This document shows positions 8,264-18,783 of a DNA stretch of 64,000 bases, piece after piece. This DNA is from Planctomycetota bacterium. GTDB taxonomy: Bacteria > Planctomycetota > UBA8108 > SXIK01. Numbering within the stretch: position 1 is the stretch's first letter; every line of letters starts with the position of its first letter. Below the pieces are notes generated by a model, which was not told where the DNA came from, ran no database searches, and saw nothing but the letters and a program-made list of their open reading frames with translations. The position numbers and the translations under genes are program-made. Location of the stretch: assembly GCA_965223265.1 (NCBI GenBank), contig OZ244999.1, positions 5,984,001 through 6,048,000 of the forward strand. The letters run 5' to 3'.

Positions 8264-10894
8264 ATGCCGAAGTCTCACCGCCCCCATCGCGGCCATATCG
8301 CCGCCGCAAACTCGCGCGCCTCGATTTGTGGTCTGGCACTGATCGCCGGCGCCGTCGTGCTCACCCCCGCGGCACTACGATCGCAGAGCGCGCGCTTCGA
8401 GCGCGGCGACGCCAACGCCGACACCGCGATCGACATCAGCGACCCCATCAACACACTGGCTTACCTCTTTTCGGAAGACGTCGATAGCGTTCCATGTGAA
8501 GACGCCGCCGACGCTAACGACAGCGGCGACATCGACCTTTCCGATGCGATCTTTACCCTCAACTTCCTCTTCGTGGCCGGAGCCGAGCCGCCCGCGCCCT
8601 ATGAGGTGTGCGGCGCCGATCCAACAGACGACAACCTCAGCTGCGCCGAGTTTGCGCCGTGCCCGCCGCCCACGATCGACGCGTTCGTCGTCAACTCGAC
8701 GGCCGACCTCGTCGACGCGAGGCCGGGCGACGGCACCTGCGACACGGGCAATCTCATCGCGCTCGGCGAAGAGATCGTACCCGAGTGCACCCTCCGCGCT
8801 GCGCTCGACGAGGCCAACGCGCTCGAAGGCACGAACGAGATCGAGTTCCACAAGGCGCTGACACCCGACGAAAACGGCGGCATAAGATTCACCCCGAAGG
8901 AGCAACTCTCGATCACTGACCCGCTGATTCTCGACGGCTACACAGCGAGCGGGTACGACACAGAGAGTCCCGCGCAGAACCCAGTGGTTCACCTTTACGG
9001 TGCGTTTGGCGTTACCGGCGTTTCGGGGCTGCTGATCTCGCCAGACGCGCGTGGCACGATCGTGCGCGGAGTCGCGATTCATGGTTTCCCTCGCCACGGC
9101 ATGTACATCTTGGCAGACGATGTCATCGTTCAAGGCTGCCACATCGGTTTGCGCGACGGAGCCATCGTCGACGGCAACATCATCGACGGGATCTTCGTGG
9201 ATGGCGCGACCCGATTGGCCATCGGCATGTCGATCGCCAATGACGGTGCGCTTCTCGGCCGGCCGAACGTCATCTCCGGCAACGGCGCTTTTGGACTCAG
9301 AATGAACGAAGGCGGCAGCGTGGTCGTCGGTAATCTCATTGGCGTGGAGGTGTCGGGGCGAGCCGCGGAGAGCGTTGGCAGCGCGACCGGCAATCGCGAC
9401 GGAGTCTACCTGAGCGACGACAATTTCAGCCAGACGCTCGTCAGTCACAACGTGATCTCGGGAAACCTCCAGCAGGGAGTGGAAATCGAGGGCGCACTCG
9501 GCCACAAAATCGTCAACAACTACATCGGCACTTCGATCGATGGAGATGCAGGGCTGGGTGGGCTCGGAAACGGTTGCCACGGAGTGTACATCTTCGAAAG
9601 TAGTGAGCTGGAGATTTCCGGCAATGTCGTTTCGGGGAACGGATGCGGCGGAATCTCCATCGATCGAGCGGCAAACACCGAGGTCGCAGGCAACCGCATC
9701 GGCGTCACCGCGGACGGAGCTTCTGTTCTCGCCAACGATCACTACGGTATTTACGTTTTCTCGAGAAGCGGAGCCTACATAATCCGCGACAACGTGATCG
9801 GTGGGAACGGTGCCACCGGTCTCCTTTTGGAAGCGGCGGAGGTGCAGGTGACCGGCAATTGGATTGGCACAAACGACGCGGGAGCCAACCTCGGCAACCA
9901 GGGAAGCGGCATCGAGTTTCTAACCACCGAAGGCCAAATCCTGCGCGGTGGCCGGATCGGCGGACCGGAGCCTGACGACGGCAACATCATAGGTTTCAAC
10001 GCACAAAGCGGCATCGCTCTGACCGCCGACGTCGAGACTGTGCAGATCTTCGGCAACCACATCGGCACCGACGCAAGCGGCCGCGACCTCGGAAACGGCG
10101 AGCACGGGATCATCCTCGGCGGCAACGCCCACACGCTAGGGAGCGCCGACGCGCCCAATGTCATCGGGTTCAACGACGGCGATGGCGTCCACGTTCGCGG
10201 CGACCGCCACCGAATCATCGGCAACTACATCGGCACGAACGACCGCGCCGAAGACCTCGGCAACGACGGCGACGGGATCGAACTCGCAACGAGACCTCTC
10301 AACGGCGTCGGCAGCAGCGGCAACGTCATCGGTGCGGCTCTCTCCACGCCGGAGGAGCTCGTAGCCGAGCAGGGAAACACGATCGCCTACAACGCCGGAC
10401 AGGGGATCGAGCTCGCAGCGTCGATCCCCATACTCGCCGAGGTCAAAGAGAACTGCCTGCGTGCCAACTCTATCTACGCCAACGGCTCGATCGGCATCGA
10501 TCTCGCTCCGATCGGCCTGACCGCAAACGACCCCGATGATGCTGACACCGGTACCAACGGCGGGCAAAACACCCCCGTTCTCGATCCCGCGCCGTTTTGG
10601 AACGAGACTGGCGGTACACTGTTCATCCACTTCACCGTGCCATCCGCCCCAACGGAATCCAGCTATCCTCTGCACGTCGACTTCTATCTCGCCGACGCCG
10701 ATGCTGAGGAAGGGAAGACCTACATTGGCACGGCGATGTACGAGGAACGCGACGCCGGCTCGCAAGTCACCACGCAGCTCGAAGCACCGCCGGAACTCGA
10801 AGTGAACAGCCGCCTCGTTGCCACGGCCACCGACTCGGCAGGCAGCGGCAACACCAGCGAGTTCAGCGCCTCAATCGCCGTAGCGTCACGTTGA
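8264..10894 (+). CDS. Secreted protein: N-terminal dockerin-like module, CSLREA-type domain, right-handed parallel beta-helix repeats
   Basis: AAGGAG at 8251 then ATG 8264; signal peptide; FERGDANAD...DISD module; VVNSTAD...ECTLRAALDEAN; repeated N(V/I)ISGN/GNxIGT beta-helix turns; C-terminal ATATD...GNTSEFS. Confidence 0.85.
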   Translation: MPKSHRPHRGHIAAANSRASICGLALIAGAVVLTPAALRSQSARFERGDANADTAIDISDPINTLAYLFSEDVDSVPCEDAADANDSGDIDLSDAIFTLNFLFVAGAEPPAPYEVCGADPTDDNLSCAEFAPCPPPTIDAFVVNSTADLVDARPGDGTCDTGNLIALGEEIVPECTLRAALDEANALEGTNEIEFHKALTPDENGGIRFTPKEQLSITDPLILDGYTASGYDTESPAQNPVVHLYGAFGVTGVSGLLISPDARGTIVRGVAIHGFPRHGMYILADDVIVQGCHIGLRDGAIVDGNIIDGIFVDGATRLAIGMSIANDGALLGRPNVISGNGAFGLRMNEGGSVVVGNLIGVEVSGRAAESVGSATGNRDGVYLSDDNFSQTLVSHNVISGNLQQGVEIEGALGHKIVNNYIGTSIDGDAGLGGLGNGCHGVYIFESSELEISGNVVSGNGCGGISIDRAANTEVAGNRIGVTADGASVLANDHYGIYVFSRSGAYIIRDNVIGGNGATGLLLEAAEVQVTGNWIGTNDAGANLGNQGSGIEFLTTEGQILRGGRIGGPEPDDGNIIGFNAQSGIALTADVETVQIFGNHIGTDASGRDLGNGEHGIILGGNAHTLGSADAPNVIGFNDGDGVHVRGDRHRIIGNYIGTNDRAEDLGNDGDGIELATRPLNGVGSSGNVIGAALSTPEELVAEQGNTIAYNAGQGIELAASIPILAEVKENCLRANSIYANGSIGIDLAPIGLTANDPDDADTGTNGGQNTPVLDPAPFWNETGGTLFIHFTVPSAPTESSYPLHVDFYLADADAEEGKTYIGTAMYEERDAGSQVTTQLEAPPELEVNSRLVATATDSAGSGNTSEFSASIAVASR

Positions 10895-11371
10895 TAGCAC
10901 GCAATAACAACCTGAGACGCCTGCGACGGCTCGACGGGACCACTACTGCGGAGAAGGTGTGTGAGCGATGACCTGAGGACATGCAGAGCATAAGTCGCGG
11001 CGGCGGGAGGCAGCCCTCCGACAACTCACCCCGCGGGTTATCCGCGGGCAGGTCGGCGTTCACAGCACGCACATCGAAGCGGGAGCTGTTCTCCTGACCG
11101 CCGCGGCGGTTTTGTTCACCCCCCATACATCATGTGCCTGTCGCGCTTCTGCGCCGCCACGAATACGTCGTGCGACCGACTCGCCCAGCCCGACCTGGCC
11201 CGATTCCCTCACCCCGCGCTCTTCCGGAAACCTTTTCCCGCGCAGCAATGCTGGACGCCACCACACTTGCTGTGAAAAAATGGAGGCTCACTGACGGGAT
11301 AAAGAACGACTCGAGTTAGCCCGACCACTGAACGGGCAGCCGCCGGCGCGGGAGGGAGCGGACGACTTGGC

Positions 11372-14300
11372 ATGATCCAGAGCGATTCTGACCATCCAAG
11401 AAGACCGCGCCGCGGCGAACATCCGGCCGCTGCGAAAACGCCACCACCCGGGCATGGCGGCGGCGAAGAGGCTGAAGAGACGGGCCTCTTTGGACTGCCG
11501 GAGCGTATCTCACCCAACACACTCCTCGCAGATCGCTACCGCGTCGCCGAACTCCTCGGCAAGGGCGGCATGGGAGAAGTCTTTCGCGGCCACGACCAAC
11601 GGCTCGACCGCGACGTGGCGATCAAGGTTTTGCCCGAGCACCGCGCCTTGGACCCCGACGCGCTCAAGCGCTTCGAACGCGAGATCAAGGCAGTCGCAGC
11701 GCTGTCTCATCCCCACGTCATGGCGATCCACGACATCGGGGTGCATGAAAAAATCCCCTTCGCGGTGATGGAGCTGCTGAAGGGCGAGACGCTGCGCATT
11801 CTGCTGACAGGGCACCCACTTGCCGTAGATCAAGTACGCCGCATCGGTCAAGGAGTCGCTGCGGGGCTCGCTGCGGCGCACGCGCGGGAAATCATCCACC
11901 GTGACATCAAGCCCGAAAACGTCATGGTGAACCTTGAAGGTCACGTCAAGATCCTGGACTTTGGTCTTGCACGACGCACGCTCCCAAGAACGACGCCTGG
12001 CGACAGTTCGACAGCTCGCTTGACACTCTCCGGCGTCACTCCCGGCACAGTCCCGTACATGTCGCCGGAACAAGTCACGGGCGAATCGCTGACTGCAGCC
12101 ACGGACATCTTCTCGTTCGGTGTCGTCCTTTACGAAACCGCCACCGGACGTAACCCTTACCGCGCTGACACTCACTTCGAAACCTTCGAGCGCATCGTCT
12201 GGCAGCGACCAGAGCCACCGTCGCATGCTGCTCCCGAGCTCCCCGCGGCGCTCGACGCACTGATTATGCGTATGCTCGAGCGCAACCCCGTGCAGCGCCC
12301 TGGCGCGCAGGAAATCGAGGCGGCTCTGTCGAAATCCGGCGGCGGCACACCGCCTTCCACCTTCTCCGTCAGGCAAGAGACCGCGCCGCGACACACGGTT
12401 GGTCGGCAGACGCAACTCGACGAGCTCCGCACAAGACTCCAGAACGCCGCCGACCGGCGCGGATCGATGCTCTGCATCGCGGGTGAAGCAGGCATCGGCA
12501 AGACGACGCTCGTCGAAGACTTCCTCCACGAACTCGAAAGTGCTGGCCATCACGGCACCGTGGTTGCACGCGGGCGTTGTTCTGAACGCCTAGCGGGCTC
12601 CGACGGCTATCTCCCGTTTCTCGAGGCGCTTGAATCTCTGCTCAAACACGATCGACACGCTGGCGTTCATCGTCTCCTGCAACAGTACGCACCCGCATGG
12701 TATGTACAAATCGCCACGAGCTCCGGCGGCGAGTCTCTGGGCGACGCTGCACTCGCAGACGCGCGTTCCGCCTCGCAGGAGAGGATGAAACGCGAGCTCG
12801 CCGTCTTCCTCGGCGAGCTCGGACGCCTTGGCCCCGTCGTGCTCTTTCTCGACGACATCCACTGGGTCGATGTGTCGACAGCAGACCTCCTGGCTTACCT
12901 GGGCTCAAAGTGCGGCAATCTGCGCCTCCTTCTCGTCGTCAGTTTTCGCCCCACTGAGTTGTCGTTAAGTCGCAGCCCGTTCGTCGACGCAAAACTCGAA
13001 CTCCAAGGGCGCGGTCTGTGTAAGGAGATCGCACTCGAATTCCTGGGCCGCGAGGACATCCGAACGTATCTCGATCTCGAGTTCCCCGCGCATGCCTTCC
13101 CCGAAGAATTCGCCGGACTCATTCACGCGCGCACTGAAGGCAGCCCTCTGTTCATGGTCGACCTGCTGCGCTACTTGAAGGACGAAGGCGTCATCGCGCA
13201 GCAAGACGGACGCTGGGCTCTGGCGCGCAGCGTGCCCGAGATGCAGCGGGATCTGCCGGAGTCGGTGCGCAGCATGATCCAGAAAAAAATCGGCCAACTC
13301 AGTGACTCCGAGCGGCAGATCCTCGTCGCTGCGAGCGTTCAAGGCTACGAGTTTCACGCCGCCGTGATCGCCCGAGCACTGGACCGCGACGAAGCTGAAG
13401 TCGAAGAGTGCCTGGAACACCTCGACCGCGTTCACTATCTCGTGCGCAACCTCGAGGAGGAAGAGTTCCCCGACCGCACGCTGACCGTCAAATACACCTT
13501 TGTTCACGTCCTCTACCAGAACGCGCTCTACGACACACTCACGCCAGCACGAAAAGCGAAGCTCGCTGCGTCGGTGGCTCAAGTTCTCGAGGCGACACGC
13601 GAACACGAGCAGGCGGACATCGCTCTGGAGTTGGCCCTCCTTTGGGAAGTCGCGCGCGACTTTGACAAAGCGTCAGACTTTTTTCTTAAAGCGGCGGAAA
13701 ACGACGCCAAGCTCTACGCCAACCACGAAGCGATCGCGCTGGCTGGACGAGCGATGCAGACCGCGGAGAAGCTCTCAGAGAGCGGCGGACGACGCGAACG
13801 CGTTCTGCGCGTCGCCTTCTTCATGGCTCAGCTCTATCAAACGCTCGGCAAGTATCATGACGGCATTGCGAGCTTCGAGCTCGCCGAGCGCGTCGCGCAA
13901 GAGCTCGAGCGCGTCGATGCGGTCGTCGAAGCGGTGTGCGGCATGGCCAACTGCGCCTTCTATCTCAAGCAGATGGGAGACGCACAGAAGCATGGCGCAC
14001 GGGCCCTCGAATTGGCGCGACGACACAATCTGCAGCTCGGCGTTGCCCAGGCCGAGTCGGTGATCGCCCTGGAGCGGCTGTGCATGGGCGAGTTCGAGAC
14101 GGCGGAGCGCTTCTATGATCGTGCCATCCCCGTGCTGAAGGCCGAAGGGCGGCCGATTCAAGCCATGGACGCGGTCAGCTTCCGACTACTGCTCCACGCC
14201 TGGCGTCTCGAGTATCGGGAGCTCGATGCCAAGGCGAGCTGGTGGGTGGAAATGGCACGCGAGTTCGGTGCCAACATCGTGCAAATGCACTTTTGGCGCA

Positions 14301-15055
14301 GCATGGCGCTCGGCAATCAAGGTCGGCTTTCCGAGGCGCTCGAAACAGTTCGTGAAGGACGCCGCTTGGCAGAGCTCAACGACGACCCGTACCACATCAC
14401 GCGCCTACCCAACATCGAAGGCTGGCTCCATCGAGAGCTTCAAGACTTCGACACTGCCGTTGAGCTCGACAGCCAAAGTCTCGCACTCGGCATGGAGCTT
14501 GGATTCGAAGAGGCGGCCGCGAACGCCCATGTCAACTTGGGACACAACTACACGCTTCTGGGTGAACATGAGCGCGCCCACGAACAGCTGCACGCGGCGG
14601 AGCGTCTCTTCAATCAAGACCCGTGGTTTCGATGGCGCTACAACATCCGCTTGCAAGCGGAGTTTGCCAGCCACTGGATCGCGCGCGGCGACCTCACGGT
14701 GGCGACGTCGCACGCGAAAAAATCTCTGGAGCTGGCCCAGAAGTCTTTGTCGCGAAAGCACATCGCTTGGGCGTACAAACTGCTTGCGGATATTGCAGCG
14801 CTGGAGGACCGCGTCGACGAGGCTGCACATCACTTCGACCAGGCACTCAAGACCTTCGATGGCTATCCTTGTCCGACGATCGAGTGGAAGGTGCTCAAGG
14901 CGATGCTGCACTTGGCTCGTCAGCGGCGAGACAACGACGCGATCGATCAACTCGAGCGCCGGGCGCGCCAGCTCACGGAGTCGCTCGCCAGGCAGATCGG
15001 CGACGACAAGTTGCGCCAGGTGTTTCTGCAGTCGCGGGCGATTCGGGAACTTTAG
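11372..15055 (+). CDS. Ser/Thr protein kinase fused to STAND-type (AAA_16-like) ATPase and TPR repeats
   Basis: LGKGGMGEV, VAIK, HRDIKPEN, DFGLA, GTVPYMSPEQ; Walker A GEAGIGKT, Walker B LFLDDIHW, GSPLF; helical TPR-like C-terminus. Confidence 0.92.
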   Translation: MIQSDSDHPRRPRRGEHPAAAKTPPPGHGGGEEAEETGLFGLPERISPNTLLADRYRVAELLGKGGMGEVFRGHDQRLDRDVAIKVLPEHRALDPDALKRFEREIKAVAALSHPHVMAIHDIGVHEKIPFAVMELLKGETLRILLTGHPLAVDQVRRIGQGVAAGLAAAHAREIIHRDIKPENVMVNLEGHVKILDFGLARRTLPRTTPGDSSTARLTLSGVTPGTVPYMSPEQVTGESLTAATDIFSFGVVLYETATGRNPYRADTHFETFERIVWQRPEPPSHAAPELPAALDALIMRMLERNPVQRPGAQEIEAALSKSGGGTPPSTFSVRQETAPRHTVGRQTQLDELRTRLQNAADRRGSMLCIAGEAGIGKTTLVEDFLHELESAGHHGTVVARGRCSERLAGSDGYLPFLEALESLLKHDRHAGVHRLLQQYAPAWYVQIATSSGGESLGDAALADARSASQERMKRELAVFLGELGRLGPVVLFLDDIHWVDVSTADLLAYLGSKCGNLRLLLVVSFRPTELSLSRSPFVDAKLELQGRGLCKEIALEFLGREDIRTYLDLEFPAHAFPEEFAGLIHARTEGSPLFMVDLLRYLKDEGVIAQQDGRWALARSVPEMQRDLPESVRSMIQKKIGQLSDSERQILVAASVQGYEFHAAVIARALDRDEAEVEECLEHLDRVHYLVRNLEEEEFPDRTLTVKYTFVHVLYQNALYDTLTPARKAKLAASVAQVLEATREHEQADIALELALLWEVARDFDKASDFFLKAAENDAKLYANHEAIALAGRAMQTAEKLSESGGRRERVLRVAFFMAQLYQTLGKYHDGIASFELAERVAQELERVDAVVEAVCGMANCAFYLKQMGDAQKHGARALELARRHNLQLGVAQAESVIALERLCMGEFETAERFYDRAIPVLKAEGRPIQAMDAVSFRLLLHAWRLEYRELDAKASWWVEMAREFGANIVQMHFWRSMALGNQGRLSEALETVREGRRLAELNDDPYHITRLPNIEGWLHRELQDFDTAVELDSQSLALGMELGFEEAAANAHVNLGHNYTLLGEHERAHEQLHAAERLFNQDPWFRWRYNIRLQAEFASHWIARGDLTVATSHAKKSLELAQKSLSRKHIAWAYKLLADIAALEDRVDEAAHHFDQALKTFDGYPCPTIEWKVLKAMLHLARQRRDNDAIDQLERRARQLTESLARQIGDDKLRQVFLQSRAIREL

Positions 15056-15219
15056 TGCGTCGCTACCGCGTGCGGGTTCCCCACCCTTTCGAGGCCTCTC
15101 ACCACGGAGGACCCGGGTCTCTGAACAAGGGGCTCCTCGCTCTCACTCCTTTTCGCGCGACTCCGGGGGCGAACTTTGCGGTGAAAGTCTCTGTCTGAAA
15201 GAGCTTCGACTCCGAGGCG

Positions 15220-15960
15220 CTAGCCGTCAACCCGGCGGCGGTTGGCCCTGTCTCCCAGCCAGGTCTCTCCGAGGACGCTCGGGACGCGCTCGAGCATCGA
15301 CTTGAGGCGCTCGAGCGCGCGGGCGTACCGTTTACTCGCCGCCGCCTCGCCGATGCCGAGTTCCTGCGCCACTTCGGCGTTCGACAGATGCTCGAAGTGC
15401 CGGAGGACAAGGACCTCGCGGTCGTCTTGCCCCATAGATTCAATCGTCTCGCGCACGAACCGGCTCGTCTCGGCGTCGATCATGGCGCGCACCGGTGTGC
15501 CGGCACCCAGCAGCTTGTCCGTGAGCCACACGGCATCCGCAGCGCCGCCCGCTGACGTCGTGGCCACTTCACGTCTCACGTCGCGCGTCTGCGCGCCGAT
15601 GTGCTTGCGATGGAGATCGATCACCTTCTGCGTCGCGAGTGTGCGCAGCCAAACGAAGAAAGGCATACGGAGGTCCTTGAGATAACTCTCGAGACGGCGC
15701 GATGCCTCCATGTAGACGTCCTGGATCACGTCACCGACGTCGACGCGGTTCCACATGCGATAGTCGAGCCGAAAGCGAACCATCTTCTCGAGGCGAGCAC
15801 GATGGCGGGAGAAGAGGCGCTGCAGCGCTTCCTGGTCGCCTGACTTCGTCAAACGAACGAGCTCGTCCGTCTCGGCGCTCCAAGCGGAGGCGTCGCCTCC
15901 TGGCGGCGAGTCGGCGGCGGGCTGATGCGGTTCGCGCGGCGGCTCAAACGATCCGGACAT
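15220..15960 (-). CDS. ECF sigma-70 factor, planctomycete-type
   Basis: Region 2 GDQEALQRLFSRHRARLEKMVRFRLD...DVGDVIQDV...FFVWLR; region 4 DREVLVLRHFEHLSNAEVAQELGIGEAAASKRYARAL. Confidence 0.9.
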   Translation of the reverse strand: MSGSFEPPREPHQPAADSPPGGDASAWSAETDELVRLTKSGDQEALQRLFSRHRARLEKMVRFRLDYRMWNRVDVGDVIQDVYMEASRRLESYLKDLRMPFFVWLRTLATQKVIDLHRKHIGAQTRDVRREVATTSAGGAADAVWLTDKLLGAGTPVRAMIDAETSRFVRETIESMGQDDREVLVLRHFEHLSNAEVAQELGIGEAAASKRYARALERLKSMLERVPSVLGETWLGDRANRRRVDG

Positions 15961-16248
15961 GAATCCCAGTTTGCAAACGCGTCACGGTGAAAAATCCGTC
16001 ATGCCGCTGCAGGTCAAGCGCAACCTTCAACACATTCTTCCTGCGGTTGCCGAGCGGCGGCGTCTCATACTGTATCTCACCCGCCACGCAACTTTCATCC
16101 CGAAACAGCAGACCAAACCCCCAAGGCGCGGCAGACGTTCAGAGCTCAGAGCAAGACTGACGCAACGGTTCGTAGCGTCCAACGCGCGCAACCGAAGCAG
16201 CGGCAACAACCGCTCGCCCTCAAGAGGCGCCGACATGCACGGCACGAA

Positions 16249-17307
16249 TCAGTCTCGGTACTCCTTGTGGCACTGGTGACACGACACCCCCAGCGTCTCG
16301 AAAGCGGTGGTCGCAGAAGCCTTGTCACCGCGTTTGAGCGCAGCCTCAAGATCGCGAGCGCTCTTCTCGGCGCCAGTCAACCACGTGCGCATCTCACTCG
16401 TGGCAACATCCGTCAGCGCACGACGAGACTCGTAGAGGCCCTCCCAAAGTAAGAGCGCTTCATGCGCCGGAACGAGATCGGGATGCGTCTTCGGTGTTGC
16501 CCAGCGTGCGTCCCGGCAGATCACAAGGTTGGCGTAAGCACGGTCAACAAGCCCCATGGCGGCGGCAGCGGTGTCGACTTCGGCCACTTCGACTAGTTCC
16601 GGTAGGTCGCGATTGTCAAACGTCGGCTCGTAAGAGCGGACGGCGCGCCACAAGCCGACGTAGTCTCGACTCGTACCGGCGAGGCGCAGGATCTCCACGG
16701 CGTCGTCCCGGCTAGTGTCACCGATGGTGACTGCGGCCACGGCCGCAGCAGCTGGCGCGCGGTGAAGACCGTGGTGGCAGTGAACGTAGAGCGGCGCCTC
16801 GGCGTCGCGGACAAGCCGCGCGATGGAGCGCCGCGCGTGCTCGTCGACGCCGTCATAACCGATGGGGATGTGCACGTAGCGAAGACCGTGGCGCCTAGCA
16901 GCGTGAACGCGCGGCTGAGCGACGTCGACGCTGACGATCGTGCGGATACCAAGGCGCGCGAGCTCGGCAAAGGAATCGCGCTGCTTCGGCTCGCCACCGC
17001 AGTAGATCTGGCGCGATGCGTGCAGCAGGTTGGGCAGGGCAGGATGATCGATGGTGTAAGGCGTCGAGGACTCCACGGCGCCGCGGCCGCCACCTTGAGG
17101 CACAGCGTCGCAACTGGAGACCAACAGCAGAATCGCCAAAAGCGAAGCGGCGCAATACGTGCTAACTTCGCCCACGCCGCGAGCAGAAAGAAGCGCGTTG
17201 ATCCGCTCAAGACGACGCTTCGTGACCTGCGCTGCAGAGCGACTTGCAGAGCATGGTCGCGGTGGAGCAGGACTCGTAGGGAGCAATCGGTATGTTAGCG
17301 TTCTCAC
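16249..17307 (-). CDS. Lipoprotein with PTP/DSP-like (CX5R) domain fused to a C-terminal cytochrome c'-like domain
   Basis: Lipobox-like LLLVSSC (the real start may be GTG 17175); LGIRTIVSVD, YVHIPIGYDG, P-loop HCHHGLHRA; terminal heme motif CHQCH followed by KEYRD. Confidence 0.8.
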   Translation of the reverse strand: MRTLTYRLLPTSPAPPRPCSASRSAAQVTKRRLERINALLSARGVGEVSTYCAASLLAILLLVSSCDAVPQGGGRGAVESSTPYTIDHPALPNLLHASRQIYCGGEPKQRDSFAELARLGIRTIVSVDVAQPRVHAARRHGLRYVHIPIGYDGVDEHARRSIARLVRDAEAPLYVHCHHGLHRAPAAAAVAAVTIGDTSRDDAVEILRLAGTSRDYVGLWRAVRSYEPTFDNRDLPELVEVAEVDTAAAAMGLVDRAYANLVICRDARWATPKTHPDLVPAHEALLLWEGLYESRRALTDVATSEMRTWLTGAEKSARDLEAALKRGDKASATTAFETLGVSCHQCHKEYRD

Positions 17308-17388
17308 CGAGCTCCTTCGTGGCTGCCGAACACTGTCTTCATCTTGGGGCTCTTGGCTCGCTTCACTCTTTGACGTAGACTCACGTTC

Positions 17389-18255
17389 ATGAATGACGCA
17401 GGGCCGACAAAACCGAAAATCGCTCCATGGCGGGAAACGCTACACGAAGTCATTTTTGAGGCCGACACACCTGCTGGCAAGGCATTCGACGTTTTTCTTC
17501 TCATCGCGATCCTGATCAGCGTCGTCACGGTGAGCCTCGAGACGGTCGAGAGCCTCGCCGGACATGACGCTGCTTTCATGGCGATCGAGTGGTGTCTAAC
17601 GATCTTGTTCACCGTCGAGTACGTCCTCAGACTGATCTGCGTCCGCCAGCCGCTACGCTATGCTACAAGTTTCTTTGGCATCGTCGATTTGCTCGCGCTT
17701 TTGCCGACATATCTCAGCCTCTTTCTACCAGGGGCGCAGTCACTCGCCGTCATCCGCTCGCTGCGCTTTCTGCGGGCGTTTCGCATCTTCAAGCTGGCGC
17801 GCATGCTGCGAGAGGCTTCGGCGCTACGCAGAGCCATTTGGGATTCGCGGGGTAAGATCGTCGTATTTCTCACAACCGTACTGACTGCGGTAACGATTGC
17901 AGGACCGGCGATGTATTGGGTCGAGAATCTGCCACCGATGCCCTGGGAGGAACCAGCAGCAGAAGCCGCGGCAGAAAGTCAGTTCACCTCGATCCCGGTG
18001 GCGATGTATTGGGCCGTGGTGACGATGACGACCGTTGGGTATGGCGACGTGGTACCGCAGACCGTCTTAGGGAAGCTCTTCTCGTCCATCCTGATCATGC
18101 TCGGCTACTCGCTCATCATTGTGCCGACTGGATTTGTGTCGGCGGAGCTCGTCGGCCTCAAGCTCAAGGTGTCGACGCAGTCGTGCCCTCACTGTATGGC
18201 GGAAGGTCATGATGTTGGAGCCAAGTTTTGCAATCAGTGTGGGAACGAGCTGTGA
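17389..18255 (+). CDS. Voltage-gated potassium channel family ion transporter
   Basis: Six TM segments, S4-like IRSLRFLRAFRIFKL, selectivity filter TTVGYGD, C-terminal CPHC...CNQC zinc ribbon. Confidence 0.92.
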   Translation: MNDAGPTKPKIAPWRETLHEVIFEADTPAGKAFDVFLLIAILISVVTVSLETVESLAGHDAAFMAIEWCLTILFTVEYVLRLICVRQPLRYATSFFGIVDLLALLPTYLSLFLPGAQSLAVIRSLRFLRAFRIFKLARMLREASALRRAIWDSRGKIVVFLTTVLTAVTIAGPAMYWVENLPPMPWEEPAAEAAAESQFTSIPVAMYWAVVTMTTVGYGDVVPQTVLGKLFSSILIMLGYSLIIVPTGFVSAELVGLKLKVSTQSCPHCMAEGHDVGAKFCNQCGNEL

Positions 18256-18342
18256 ACAGAGTCGCTCACTAGGGCGAGAACAGTTGCCGAACCTGCGGTC
18301 GGCGACCAGACGCGACGATCAAACGAAATCGTCGCGCGAGGT

Positions 18343-18783
18343 TCACACGATCGAATCGCCGCGTAAGAATCGTTCGATCGCGTCCTCACGTAGGAGTCCC
18401 AACTGCGCAAAAAGGCCGACGAAGTCCCAATGGTTGTAGGCTTCCCCGAGCTTGCCGTCGACGACGCGCCCGAGCACGCTGCCGGTGATTGTCACGGTCT
18501 CGCCACCAGCGCGCGGCGTCGCCCGAAGGGTGCAAAGCGCGGAGATCCACTCTCCTTCCTCGACGCTCTTGTCGATCGCAATTTCGATCGCCGAGAAAAG
18601 ACCGCAGACAGCACGGTGAAATGCCTTGAACGCCTCCGGCCCGACGAGAACGTTCCCGCCAAGGCCGCGGGCGTCCGCATCGGGCCGAAGCAATTCGTCG
18701 ATCGCGTCCTCGCTGCGCTCGTGCCAGACGCGTTGGAACCAGGTTTCGAGGACGGTTCGGGGGCTTGGATTCATAAGTTTCAC
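18343..18783 (-). CDS. SnoaL-like ester cyclase (NTF2 fold)
   Basis: WFQRVW...AIDEL...GPEAFKAFH...DGKLGEAYNHWDFVGLFAQLG pattern. Confidence 0.85.
   Translation of the reverse strand: MKLMNPSPRTVLETWFQRVWHERSEDAIDELLRPDADARGLGGNVLVGPEAFKAFHRAVCGLFSAIEIAIDKSVEEGEWISALCTLRATPRAGGETVTITGSVLGRVVDGKLGEAYNHWDFVGLFAQLGLLREDAIERFLRGDSIV

Noticed and set aside
10895-11371. Long spacer with short palindrome CCCGCGG-GTTAT-CCGCGGG, possible riboswitch
   Set aside because: No conserved riboswitch motif recognised; short GC palindromes are expected by chance here.
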